DNA of 64,000 nucleotides from NCBI RefSeq assembly GCF_006345805.1, contig NC_043000.1, positions 30,876,001 through 30,940,000 of the forward strand. Reading direction: 5' to 3'. The DNA comes from Octopus sinensis. Lineage: Eukaryota. The notes beneath the pieces were generated by a model that had not been told where the DNA came from, searched no databases, and saw only the letters and a program-made list of their open reading frames with translations. The translations under genes were made by a program, and so were the position numbers. Positions 49,062 through 59,997 of this stretch are shown in pieces; positions within the stretch are counted from its first letter, which is position 1, and the number at the start of each line of letters is the position of its first letter.

Positions 49062-50259
49062 GTAAGTAATAGTTGGACAGTTTCTTTGCACACTTGTCTA
49101 ATTCTTTGAAACCAGAATAGCCTCTGTTGAGCAAACAAAATCTAATTACTCCCTCACTTGTAACTTTATACTTTCCCATAACTTATTTTTGCCAGGAGCA
49201 TAAGGATGTTTTTCTTTATTAGCTAACTTTATTTCTGGGTTCTTATAGCAGGACATATGAGGTTTAGTTTACTATATATTTTCTATACACATACCTTCTA
49301 TTTATCACTTTGTGATTTTTGTTGTAACATTAATGGAAGTTGAAAAGTGATAAGTAGGTGTGGTGTGTTGTGTTTGTCTTGGTATAATACACCACAAGTG
49401 TCTTTTTACTTGTTGGAGTAGCCACTCACAAGGCTTTGCTTGACCTCAGGCTACGGAACCTGAAACACATGGTTAGGATGCAAACTTCTTGGTCATTTTA
49501 TGTCCACTTTCCATGCTTAATAAAAGCAAGAAATTATCATAACGTCCTCTTTCCATGCTAGCATGGGTTGGATGATTTTGACTGAGGGCTAGCGAACCAG
49601 ACGGCCGCACCAGGCTCCAATCTTGATCTGGCAGTGTTTCTACAGCTGGATGCCCTTCCTAATGCCAACCACTCTGAGAGTGTAGTGGGTGCTTTTTACG
49701 TGCCACCGGCACGGGGCCAGTCAGGCAGTACTGGCAACAATCTCGCTCAAATCTTTTTACACATGCCACTGGCACAGGTGCCAGTAAGGTGATGCTGGTA
49801 ACGATCACACTCGAATGTTGCCCTTTTATGTACCACTGGCACGGAAGCCGGTTAGCCACTCTGTCAACGATCACCCTCATATGATGCTCTTTGCACCCCG
49901 CTAGCACGGATGCCAGTCATATATCATGTTTCTTATAACCATTTTCATAACTCAACAAGTTCTATAACTTTCCTGTTGTTTGAGATGGTAAAACGCAAAG
50001 AACTGTTTTGTCATTTGGCATTTCATTTCTTTCTGTTCAGTTCCTCACAGATGACATCAACTTCCATTTTTCCATGTTAGATATAAACACTGTTAAACTC
50101 TTTACTCCTTTTGGGGTATCCATCATCATTGTCATCAGTGACTCTCTTCTTTTCTCCAAAAACTAAAATCTGAAACCATCATTTTGTCTTTTGTTGGTGA
50201 AGTTGTAAATTTTGTAAAACGTCCATTCTGAAGGTTTCCACTCGATCATTCCTTTTCAG

Positions 50260-50440
50260 ACTACTGCTGGAGGTCAAATGACCGGTATAGCTGCCCTAGC
50301 AGCTGCTGCTGCAGCCACCCAGAAGATTCCTGGTACAACTAGTACAACCACTACTCCTGTCTCTGGTATTAAAGTTGTTACTCCATCTATTGTGACCTCT
50401 GGAATGAAAATGGCTAATGTCCAAGGAAAACAGATCGCTG
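50260..50440 (+). CDS. HCFC1: HCF-1 exon 9 (basic region)
   Basis: TTTTCAG acceptor. Contains MTGIAALAAAAAATQKIP, matching the HCF-1 basic-region motif GMAALAAAAAATQKIP. Donor GTAAGT, phase 0/1. Confidence 0.92.
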
Positions 50441-51473
50441 GTAAGTGCTTCTGTCTGTGTGTGGTGTTAGCTCCAGCTTGGCCTTGATCCAGCAGGGCTA
50501 GGATCAAAGGCACCCCTAATGTCAACATAGTTTTATTTATTTTTCTGGTCAAGTGTATCTAGAACTATATTATCTAGTGTAACCTTTCTCTGTTTAAAAT
50601 TATATGATGTGAATTGAGGGATACTTGGTTCCCATTTCTAATCAATTTTGTGACTGCTTAGAGTAGGGGTTGGTAAAATTCTTATATCATCAACTCTCAC
50701 ATAAATTTCTAAAATAAAATTAAAACTATAACCACTGTCTTAATCTCACGAGCAACATTTAAGTCTTTCAAATAATCCTTTTGGCATTGCAAAATTGTCT
50801 CCCCTGCTGCATCAGCTGTAGGATAATTAGCGAACAAAAATTCATTTCCCTTTAAGATTTGGCTATTATGCCTCACATAGAGCACGAGAATATTTAAATT
50901 ATAAAATGTTGATTCATTAAGTTGGCTAGAAAACTTACAATGTTTAAGCTCTGATCCTAATCTTCTCGACAACAATGACCATTTCATCAGTCCATTGACT
51001 CACTATCCTTGCATTTAAAGATTTAAAATAGACCAAGCCTTTCTTTGTTTCACTTACATCTCTTATAGCTCATTTATGTCGCCATCAATTGTAAATGATT
51101 TTTACTTGCTTATATTAAGAGTGGTGCCTTCAACCCTGCTTAATCTCCATTGGTAACTTTATTGGCCGCTTCATAACCTTTTCTTTCGATGCTCCAAAGA
51201 ACAAAGACTTTCATTGTTGCTGATTCTTTTAAAAATCAGAGTGAATCCTTTTCAGATGGTCTTTTATCTTTATAGATTTTCATGGCACCATTATTGAATT
51301 TTTTGTTTCCCACTCATCAGGAAGACAGGCATTGTTTTACTGACAAATGTTGGTGTAAATCCAAATATTAACTGCTCTTTACTCCTAGCACTTCTTACTA
51401 TCAAGTGTAATCATTATGGGTGCAAAATTTAAAAAACAAAAGTAAAAGTAATTTCAAAATGGAACCACTTTAA

Positions 51474-51691
51474 CCCTTTTGGTACCAACTCGGCCAAAAC
51501 CACCTCTGGCTCTGTAGTACAAATGTCTTCCATAAGTGTTGAATTAAAATCTTCCACCAAACCTTAGTCACAATTTATGTTCTTAACACTAGCTTAATGA
51601 TAACTAAGTTCTTTTACTAAATTCTTTGTTATATTTAAAATTAATTGAATGAAACACATAGCATCTCAAAATAAATACGGTAATGAAAGGG
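51474..51691. mobile_element. piggyBac-type MITE, family A
   Basis: TTAA-CCCTTT...AAAGGG-TTAA. Inverted homologue at 60013-60230. Degenerate relative at about 48611-48827. Confidence 0.8.
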
Positions 51692-51833
51692 TTAAATATT
51701 GAGCATCTCTGTTATAATGTCTTCTTGAAAAGTGTGTGCTTGTCCTCCTTGTGGGAATTTATTATTGAAAGTTTATAGACTCTTCTGTTGTAATGCAGGT
51801 TTCAAAGTGTTATCCATGTTTTTGCTGTTATAG

Positions 51834-52018
51834 GGCAACTCATCCCTGGCACCCAAACAGTGCGAGTAGCTACTCCTGGTGCTACAGTATTAAAAGCCGG
51901 AGCTGGCATTGGTGCTGGTACAAAACAAATAATAACAGTCCATAAAACCGGAACAGCATCGAGTCAACCCCAGATTGTGACACTTGTAAAGACCACGCAA
52001 GGAATGACTGTTGCTACA
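51834..52018 (+). CDS. HCFC1: HCF-1 exon 10 (basic region)
   Basis: TTATAG acceptor. GQLIPGTQTVRVATPGATVLK...KQIITVHKTGTASSQPQIVTLVKTTQGMTVAT. Donor GTAATT, phase 1/0. Confidence 0.9.
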
Positions 52019-52273
52019 GTAATTGGATTTTCATTTTTATATTCCCTTTATAGTTGTCTTTTTGTGTTTTAGTATGAGTGAATTATGGAAAAGATAGTTT
52101 CATCAATTTGTTAATGTCTAAACCATCGAGGTAATTTTGTAACTTTGGTAAATTTTAATTGTGTGTCCTCTGTGAGCAAACCTCATATTTATCTACATTT
52201 ACATTGAGTGTGTTTCTTTTATCAGTTTAGAAGTTAATTCGATTCTCTTTTTCTCTCCCTCACCTCATTTCAG

Positions 52274-52420
52274 ACAAAAACTCCATTACCTCAAGGAGCC
52301 ACTATTGTAAAACTAGTGACCACTCAAGCTGGAAGTGGTAAACCAACGACTATAATAACAAGCAGCAATCCTGGCGCTACTCCATCTACAATCCTTGGCA
52401 TTAGCAGTGTCCAACCACAG
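52274..52420 (+). CDS. HCFC1: HCF-1 exon 11 (basic region)
   Basis: TTTCAG acceptor. TKTPLPQGATIVKLVTTQAGSGKPTTIITSSNPGATPSTILGISSVQPQ resembles human TKGPLPAGTILKLVT...KPTTII...TILGISSV. Weak donor GTCAAC, phase 0/0. Confidence 0.87.
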
Positions 52421-52730
52421 GTCAACAATTTTATTTCTATTTTTCATTCATATACTTTCAAAGGTTTCTAATTTTGGAATTCTGTTTAACAAATGGTTTA
52501 GGTAGTTTAAACCTCTATTGCATTAAATCTTAAAGTTCTCACATCAAACACCCAAGTGTTTGGGGTCAGTACTTCACATTTAGGTTAAGGTGAACCAATT
52601 ACTATATCTGATGTTATAAAAAAAAACACACAGGCATGTTAGACATACTCCAGTCTCAGCAGCACATATTCAGGAAAGGATGGTTTTATAAGAGACAGCA
52701 TAATTCTTTCTTTTGTGCATCAGTGATAAC

Positions 52731-52936
52731 TTTGCAAAAACATTACTTTATACTGAAAGTACCCATGTATTTCACTTGGAATAGTAGTAATAAAGAATGG
52801 CAAAGAAGAAAGTGAGGGGGAAAAAGTTGAATGCCATTTGAACTTTTTCAAAGAGGAAACACATGGTCGTGTTTATGTTATCTCACCAAACGCAGGGGAA
52901 CAGTATTATTTAAGAATTTTATTGCATGGAGTTCAA
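52731..52936 (+). pseudogene. Helitron Rep/Helicase coding fragment in intron 11
   Basis: FAKTLLYTE/VPMYFTWNSSNKEWQRRK*G...GRVYVISPNAGEQYYLRILLH resembles the Helitron motif TLLY-EVP-YYTWN...GRMY-VSP--GERYYLRLLL. One frameshift and one stop. Confidence 0.7.
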
Positions 52937-53163
52937 AATAGTATTTTTGTCCTTTTCCACTTTGCATCGACATTTTCACCTTGGCATGATATTGCGACCC
53001 AGCAGGTTGTGGCAGGTACATCTAGTATCAATATATTACTGTGTATTAATTAGTTAGTGATCATATTGTTATTATTGATTATATCATTGTATTGATCAGT
53101 TATTGATCATATTATATTGCTGTCCAAAATAGTGCATTGACTTAAATATTTCTTTTCCTGTAG

Positions 53164-53422
53164 ACTTCAACATCAAAATCTGTCAACACTATCATCAAGA
53201 CCATACCAACATCTCTGATATCGATGGCTAAATCTGGTGGAGCCTTAACCAGTACAACTCCGGGCACAAAGACAATTGTTATTGCTGCTCCTAAAGGCCA
53301 AGCTGGTAGTTTTGGTACCCCAACTAAGATTATCACTTCTGTGCCCAAGTTGAGTGGTGGAGGAAACACTCAGTTCATTGTAGTTAGCCCTCAGCCTGGC
53401 AGCGGGGCCGGAGGAGTTGTAG
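53164..53422 (+). CDS. HCFC1: HCF-1 exon 12 (basic region)
   Basis: CCTGTAG acceptor. TSTSKSVNTIIKTIP...PTKIITSVPK... resembles human TIIKTIP / AKIITAVPK. Donor GTGAGT, phase 0/1. Confidence 0.9.
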
Positions 53423-53759
53423 GTGAGTAATATTTGTTTGCCATTCGCTTATGGGAAGGGCCACAACCTTTTTGATAGCAATCTACTCAAAACTGCCCCT
53501 AGTTCCTCCCAGCATACAAATTCCATGTTTATATTCCAAACACCATTTTAATAAGGAGAGTTTACGAAAAAAACAAAAGATGAAGACAAGTGGTGTACAA
53601 AGCAATTTCAAAATTAAATGAAACTAAATGGATAAATGTATCAAATTATTTATAATTGGCAGAAAGTTTGAGAAGTGGCTCATGAGTTGTTTTGTGCATA
53701 TCATTTATTACGCTCAGCCTTTAAATCTCTTTTGTAACTTCTTTATATATTTACACATG

Positions 53760-54197
53760 TCTGCTTGGCTGGTGATTTAATTTGGACATGTTGGCACATG
53801 ACCTGCTGTGCTTCAGGAGACCTATTGAGTCTAGTACATCAACATAAAAATAAATATCAAATGGAAATTGTAGTTGTGATACCTGTGCCGGTGGCACGTA
53901 AAAAGCACCTTCCGAACATGGCCAATGCCAGCACCGCCTTGACTGGCTTCCATGCCGGTGGCACGTAAAAAGCACCAACCGATTGTGGTCGTTGCCAGGC
54001 TCCTCTGGCACCTGTGCCGGTGGCACGTAAAAAGCACCCACTACACTCACAGAGTGGTTGGCGTTAGGAAAGGCATCCAGCTGTAGAAACACTGCCAGAT
54101 CAAACTGGAGCCTGGTGCAGCCTCCTGCTTTCCCAGACCCCGGTTGAATCGTCCAACCTTTGCTAGCATGGAAAACAGACGTTAAACGATGATGATG
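53760..54197 (+). repeat. RTE 3'UTR copy (intron 12)
   Basis: Three GTGCCGGTGGCAC sub-repeats and (GAT)n tail. Confidence 0.85.
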
Positions 54198-54886
54198 TTT
54201 ATATATGTATATATATGTATTATCATTATCAACATTGATTAACATCCGTTTTCTATGCTGGCATGGGTTGGACGGTTTGACTGAGATTTGGATATATATA
54301 TATAGAGAGAGAAAGAGAGGGATGCATAGATACATGTACATACACATATGTGTATATGTGTATGTGCTTGTATATTGTAAAACAGGTCTTTGTCTCTTTA
54401 CACTTTAAGTGTTCTATTTCAGCAATCTGCCTACTTATACTATAATAGTTTATGTTGCTGAGTATTCTACTGGGTATTGTACATTTATGAGCAACTGAAG
54501 GACAAAAAATATCCAGTCATTGTGTGCGCCAGAGCTGAAGGGCTGCCAACGTGTTTTCCATCCCCTCTGTTTAACTCCTGAGGCTTCGTTGCCTCAAGGT
54601 TACGGTAAATGAAATTTGTTAAAGTTAACACTGCCTAACTCAACAATGGACATCATGATTATAAAATATACGCCTTGAAAGTTCAGATAAAATGACAGGT
54701 ACACTTGCTATATATTCTAGAATGGAAAGAAAATATGAATGGGACTGCTGGAGTTGCAGAAAATAGCTAGGGAAGAAAACCAAGCACCCTGTTTTGAATT
54801 CTGACGAGAGAGGCTTATAAATGATAGATGTGTATCTCTTTCTGTCTCCGTCTTCCTACACATATTTGTTAAATCCGAGTGAGTAT

Positions 54887-55510
54887 CATCATCATTTAAC
54901 GTCCGCTTTCCATGCGAGCATGGGTTGGACGATTTGACTGAGGTCTGGCGAACCAGACTCCGATCTGATCTGGCAGAGTTTCTACAGCTGGATGCCCTTC
55001 CCAATGCCAACTACTTGGAGAGTGTAGTGGGTGCTTTTACGTGCCACCGGCACGAGAGCCAGTTTGGTGGTACTGGCAATGGCTACGCCCAAATGGTGCT
55101 TTTAATGTGCCACCTGCACAGGAGCCAGTCCAGTGGCACTGGCGACGACCTCGCTCGAATGTTTTACATGCCACCAGCACAAGTGCTAGTAAGGCGACGC
55201 AATAACAATCACACTTGAATGGTGTGCTTAAACATGCCATCAGCACAAAGGCTACCTTGTTGCTCTGGCAACCATCTCACTCGTATGGTACTCTTAGCAC
55301 TCCACTAGCAACGGATGCCAGCCACATGCCATCAGCACAAAGGCTACCTTGTTGCTCTGCAACCATCTCACTCGTATGGTACTCTTAGCACTCCACTAGC
55401 AACGGATGCCAGCCACCAAGTTTGATTTCGACTTCGATTTCACTTGCCTCAACTGGTCTTCACAAGCAGAGTTTAGTGTCCAGTGAAGAAGAGGCACGCA
55501 TAAGTGGACT
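54887..55510 (-). repeat. RTE 3'UTR copy with internal 92-bp tandem duplication
   Basis: Same family. Very similar to the copy at 59224-59690. Confidence 0.85.
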
Positions 55511-56409
55511 GGTTACACCCCTATCCCAGACTGTCACGCATTATACACCTATGATGTAGGTGTTTGAAAGATAAGTGAAAAGAAATGATTGGAAGAACAC
55601 AACAAGCAGAAACACTCAAAAACATTTAAAATGTAATTGGGTAAGAAAATGCTGAGATTTTGTTATTTGCGTAACAATCCTTACAATCTTCGTCAGTTCA
55701 TTTATTGTAAATTTATTCACATTTACAAGGATGTGATGCTACCATCACTTCAATAATATGTAGAAAGTCATATGATTAAGAGCGTGCTGCTCTTATTGGA
55801 GAAGACATGGTGCTTGTGGCTAAATTAATTATATTTTTCTGCGTTGAGAGAGTATTTTACCAAATTAAAAATCAGACCCACTCGTGGAAAAAATTGTAAA
55901 TGCATCTGATCCCAAAACATACCACTACAAGCGAAAGCTCTTACGGAAAGAGGATCAGAGAAACTGTAAACCAAATTCTTTTTTTGCTGTTTTCATTTCT
56001 TCCTTGTTTTTTTCCCTCTTAACTGAGTATTACTTGTCGACCTCCACTAAAATTAATGAACTTTGTACATTCAAACAAATTGATATACAGTTTTAATATT
56101 ATTGACTGCTATGAACATTAGAACTTGCACGTGTCCTCCTAATTCATAATGCTAAATTTGTTTTGAACATGTTAATTTGTCAACATTGAAACTTTTAAAG
56201 ATGTTTTTCTAATTCATAATTTTAAACTTTTACCATTGATAAACAAAAAATATTGTTTCAAACTAGTTTGGTATATATGTAAATGTATAAATGTATTTTA
56301 AGGATAAATGTATTTTAAACAATTATGAGTTTTTGAAATTTAGGTGCATTTTCAACAACACATTTCCCTATATTTTACCTGTATGGAAACACCCCCCACC
56401 TCTTTTGTA

Positions 56410-56424
56410 TGTATGTATATATAT

Positions 56425-56476
<52 letters not shown>
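56410..56476. repeat. (TA)n / (TG)n microsatellite
   Basis: Direct read. Others at about 1146-1180 (AT), 3165-3212 (GAT/GTC/CAT) and 46578-46606 (CA). Confidence 0.95.
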
Positions 56477-56479
<3 letters not shown>

Positions 56480-56803
56480 AAAAAGAAGTTTGAAAATGCC
56501 ACTATATAAGATAAATTTTAATTTTCTTAGAAATTTTACATGTTTCGGTTCTTGGTAAAACGAACCTTATCAAAAATATTTTAAAAAGTTAAGTGTAATA
56601 AAAAAGTTCATAATTGTTTCTTACTAGTCTCAATAGAATCCACATGGTGGTTTTTTTGTGGGGAGGAAGCATAATAGCTGCCTTATGTGTTGAATAAAGT
56701 TGGGGAAATGACCAGTGGCCAAAATAGCAGTAGTAGCAGTGACTGTTGGTCATAGTAATAGTGACCATATATATATATGTATATATATTTGTTTGTTTTA
56801 TAG

Positions 56804-56935
56804 GAAGTAAACCAATCACTTTGACAGCATCTCAGTTAGCATCTTCGCTTGCTTCTGGAGGATCAACTGCCCAGATTGTATCAGCAGGAGGAACATCAGC
56901 TTCAAAGCCTGTCGTAACTATTCTTACCACTTCAG
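56804..56935 (+). CDS. HCFC1: HCF-1 exon 13
   Basis: TTTTATAG acceptor. GSKPITLTASQLASSLASGGSTAQIVSAGGTSASKPVVTILTTS. Donor GTAACC, phase 1/1. Confidence 0.82.
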
Positions 56936-57149
56936 GTAACCATTTCTAGATTCTCACCATTTATTTTTTATGTTCTGAGTTCAAATCCCTTCGAGGTCAA
57001 CTTTGCCTTCCTTTGTTTTGAGTCAATAAATAAAGTATTAGGTGTAGATGTAATCAGCTGCCCCTTCCCATAAAGAATTGCTAGCCTTGTGCTAAAATTT
57101 GAAAACGTTTTTATTATTATTATCTAATAAACTATTTTTACACGTATGT

Positions 57150-57476
57150 TTCCAGCCTCCCCTGGCACCTGTAACGGTGACACGTAAAATGCACCATCCG
57201 TACATGGCCAATGCCGGCACCACCTTGACTGGCTTCCATGGAGGTGGCACGTAAAAAGCACCGACCGATCGTGGCCATTGCCAGCCTCCCCTGGCACATA
57301 AAAAGCACTCACTACTCTCACGGAGTGGTTGGTGTTAGGAAGGGCATCCAGCTGTAGAAACACTGCCAGATCAGACTGGAGCCTGGTGCAGCTTCCTGGC
57401 TTCCCAGACCCAGATTGAACTGTCCAACCCATGCTAGCACGGAAAGCGGACGTTAAACGATGATGATGATGATGAT
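57150..57476 (+). repeat. RTE 3'UTR copy (intron 13)
   Basis: Ends AACGATGATGATGATGAT. Confidence 0.85.
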
Positions 57477-57679
57477 ACGACTCACCTGAGACCACCTCTA
57501 GTTTCACACTACACATACCCTGTTTTAAAGAGGTGTAAATTAAAACCTTCCTGAAAAATTTGATGTTAATTTATGTTTCAAACATCAGCTTTAATTAGTA
57601 ACAACGTTAATTTACTGAATTCTTCGTTACTTTCAAAATTAATGGAAACAAAGGTAACATGTTTCAACAGAATTATAAG

Positions 57680-57981
57680 AGCATCATCATCATCATCGTT
57701 TAACGTCCGTTTTCCATGCTAGCATCATCATCATCGTTTAACGTCCGTTTTCCATGCTAGCATCATCATCATCATCACCGTTTAACGTCCGTGTTCCATG
57801 CTAGCATCATCATCATCGTTTAAAGTCCGTTTCTATGCTAGCATCATCATCATCATCATCGTTTAACGTCCGTTTTCCATGCTAGTATCATCATCATCAT
57901 CATTGTTTAACATTCGTTTTCTATGCTAGCATCATCATCATCATTGTTTAACGTCCGTTTTCCATGCTAGCATGGGTTGGG
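57680..57981 (-). repeat. Seven tandem copies of the RTE 3'-terminal about 25 nt + (GAT)n tail
   Basis: Unit AG(CAT)nCGTTTAACGTCCGTTTTCCATGCT, 37-44 bp, on the plus strand. Confidence 0.92.
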
Positions 57982-58076
57982 TAAATCATTTCTAATTAGC
58001 TTTATTATTTTTAAACTTTGAATTCTCTTTTTCTGTATCCTTTTCAAAATCTTGTCTCTCCTGTTCCCTCTTTCAG

Positions 58077-59180
58077 CTCAGTCCATGGCAACATCCACTC
58101 TTGGTAATGTAATGACAGCTGCCACCAGTAAAGCAGGTACATCTATCCTTCCAACAGTCTCAAATCCTACACCAACCATCTCCATAGTAGCTCAACCAGC
58201 TCCAAATCCAACGGCTCAGTTGCCAGCAACCACAAGTGTACAACTTTCTGTGACTCCATCGGTCAAGGCCCTCACCTCCCTCACTGGCAGTACTACACAG
58301 TCTTCTGCTACTCCAGTCCGCATCTCCATTCTTCCTTCTCCTCAAAATGCTTCGTCGTTGGTTAATCCCAGTTCGGCAGTGACCCAGGTAGTTAGTGTCA
58401 CACCTACAACACCAGTGACATCAGCTAAAGTTACTGTACCACCGTCTCCTAGTCCTGTTGAAAAGCTAAACGTTTCCACTACCACTACAACAGCTGTGAG
58501 CACAAGTGCAATCACAAAAGCCCATTGTCGACCAGTGACCGCTGGTGTGCAGAGTACCCAGACTGGAACTACTGGTAGCATAATAACAGTCTTACCAAGT
58601 GCTGCTATCACCTCGGCAAATGACCAAACTACAAAGATAACTATTCCTACAGTTTCTACCACATCGGCCATCACCATGGACAGTACAACGTTTAAAACTG
58701 TGAAAGTAACCGAGCGCGTGGTAGCAGGTCTTCCTGTGACGACCACTACGGCTACCACTGACCCCACCTTAACTAAAATTATGTTTGAAGTAACTAAAGC
58801 AAATTCTCCTAAGGAGGCCGCTAGTGTGAAGAGTGAATCTCAAAATGAATCGGCTTCAGTGAAGAAGGAGTCTGTGGAAGGTGAAGGTGCTGTGAAAGGT
58901 GTCGAGACAAAACCTGACATTCAAACTGCTGGCAGTGGTACCAAGCTGAAAACAGAAGCAGACATCAAAGATGGGAACCAGGTTAAAAATAAAGTTATGG
59001 ATGATTTAGTGAAGCTGGAAAAAGAAGCTGGTACTGGTGAACCAATGGATACATCAGCAGCCCCAAACAGTTCTGTGAATGGAGACTTAGTGAAGGCAGC
59101 AGCTGGTGCAGCTAGTGTTAGAATGACAGTTGCACCTGCAACAACTGCAGTGTCACATTCCTCCACATCTGACCCAGCAG
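58077..59180 (+). CDS. HCFC1: HCF-1 exon 14 (1104 nt, Thr/Ser/Val/Pro-rich then charged); gene continues beyond the window
   Basis: Long pyrimidine tract + TTTCAG. Inside the longest ORF of the window (58052-59254). Donor CAG|GTAAGC at 59181, phase 1/1. No further exon found before 64000. Confidence 0.88.
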
Positions 59181-59997
59181 GTAAGCTTCTTTCTATTTGC
59201 TTTCCAAAGTTAAATGTGTGTATGAGAAATCATCATCATATCATCATCATTTAACGTCCACTTTCCATGCTAGCATGGGTTGGACGATTTGACTGAGGTC
59301 TGGTGAACCAGACTCCAATCTGATCTGGCAGAGTTTCTACAGCTGGATGCCCTTCCTAATGCCAACCACTCCGAGAGTGTTGTGGGTGCTTTTACGTGCC
59401 ATCAGCACGAGAACCAGTTTAGTGGTACTGGCAATGACCACGCCCAAATGGTGCTTTTTACGTGCCACCTGCACAGGAGCCAGTCCAGCGGCACTGGCGA
59501 CGACCTCACTCGAATGTTTCACGTGCCACCAGCACAAGTGCTAGTAAGGCGACGCGGTAATGATCACACTCAAATGGTGTGCTTAACGTGCCATCAGCAC
59601 AAAGGCCAGCTTGTTGCTCTGGCAATGATCTCACTTGTATGGTACTCTTAGCACTCCACTAGCAACAGATGCCTGTCACTGAATTTGATTTAACCAAACA
59701 TATTTTTGCAGAAGACTGGAAATGAAGAACATCGCTTGTATGTATGTGATGATGATGCTCACTTAGACTGTCACACAATGTCAACAGACACAAAAACTGA
59801 TCTTTTGGTTTTTGTCTACCAAATCCACTTAAAAGGCTTTGAAGGCACTTGCTCCTGGTGTCACACAGTGGGACTGAACCTCAAACCATAAAAACCATAT
59901 GGTTAGAAAATGAGCTGCTTAACCACACAGCTATACCTGCACATATATATTTGGGTTGTGGGAATCTTTCTTGTTTTTACACCTGGTTATAGACGTT

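Noticed and set aside
51798-51833. Alternative upstream acceptor (TGCAG) for exon 10
   Set aside because: It introduces an in-frame TAG.
57680-57981. Regularly spaced 37-44-bp repeats resembling a CRISPR array
   Set aside because: No unique spacers (only CAT copy number varies), the unit is the RTE 3' end, and the context is a eukaryotic intron with no cas genes.
58342-58767. 141-aa ORF antisense to exon 14
   Set aside because: Expected shadow of Thr/Val/Ser-rich codon usage, with no independent signals.
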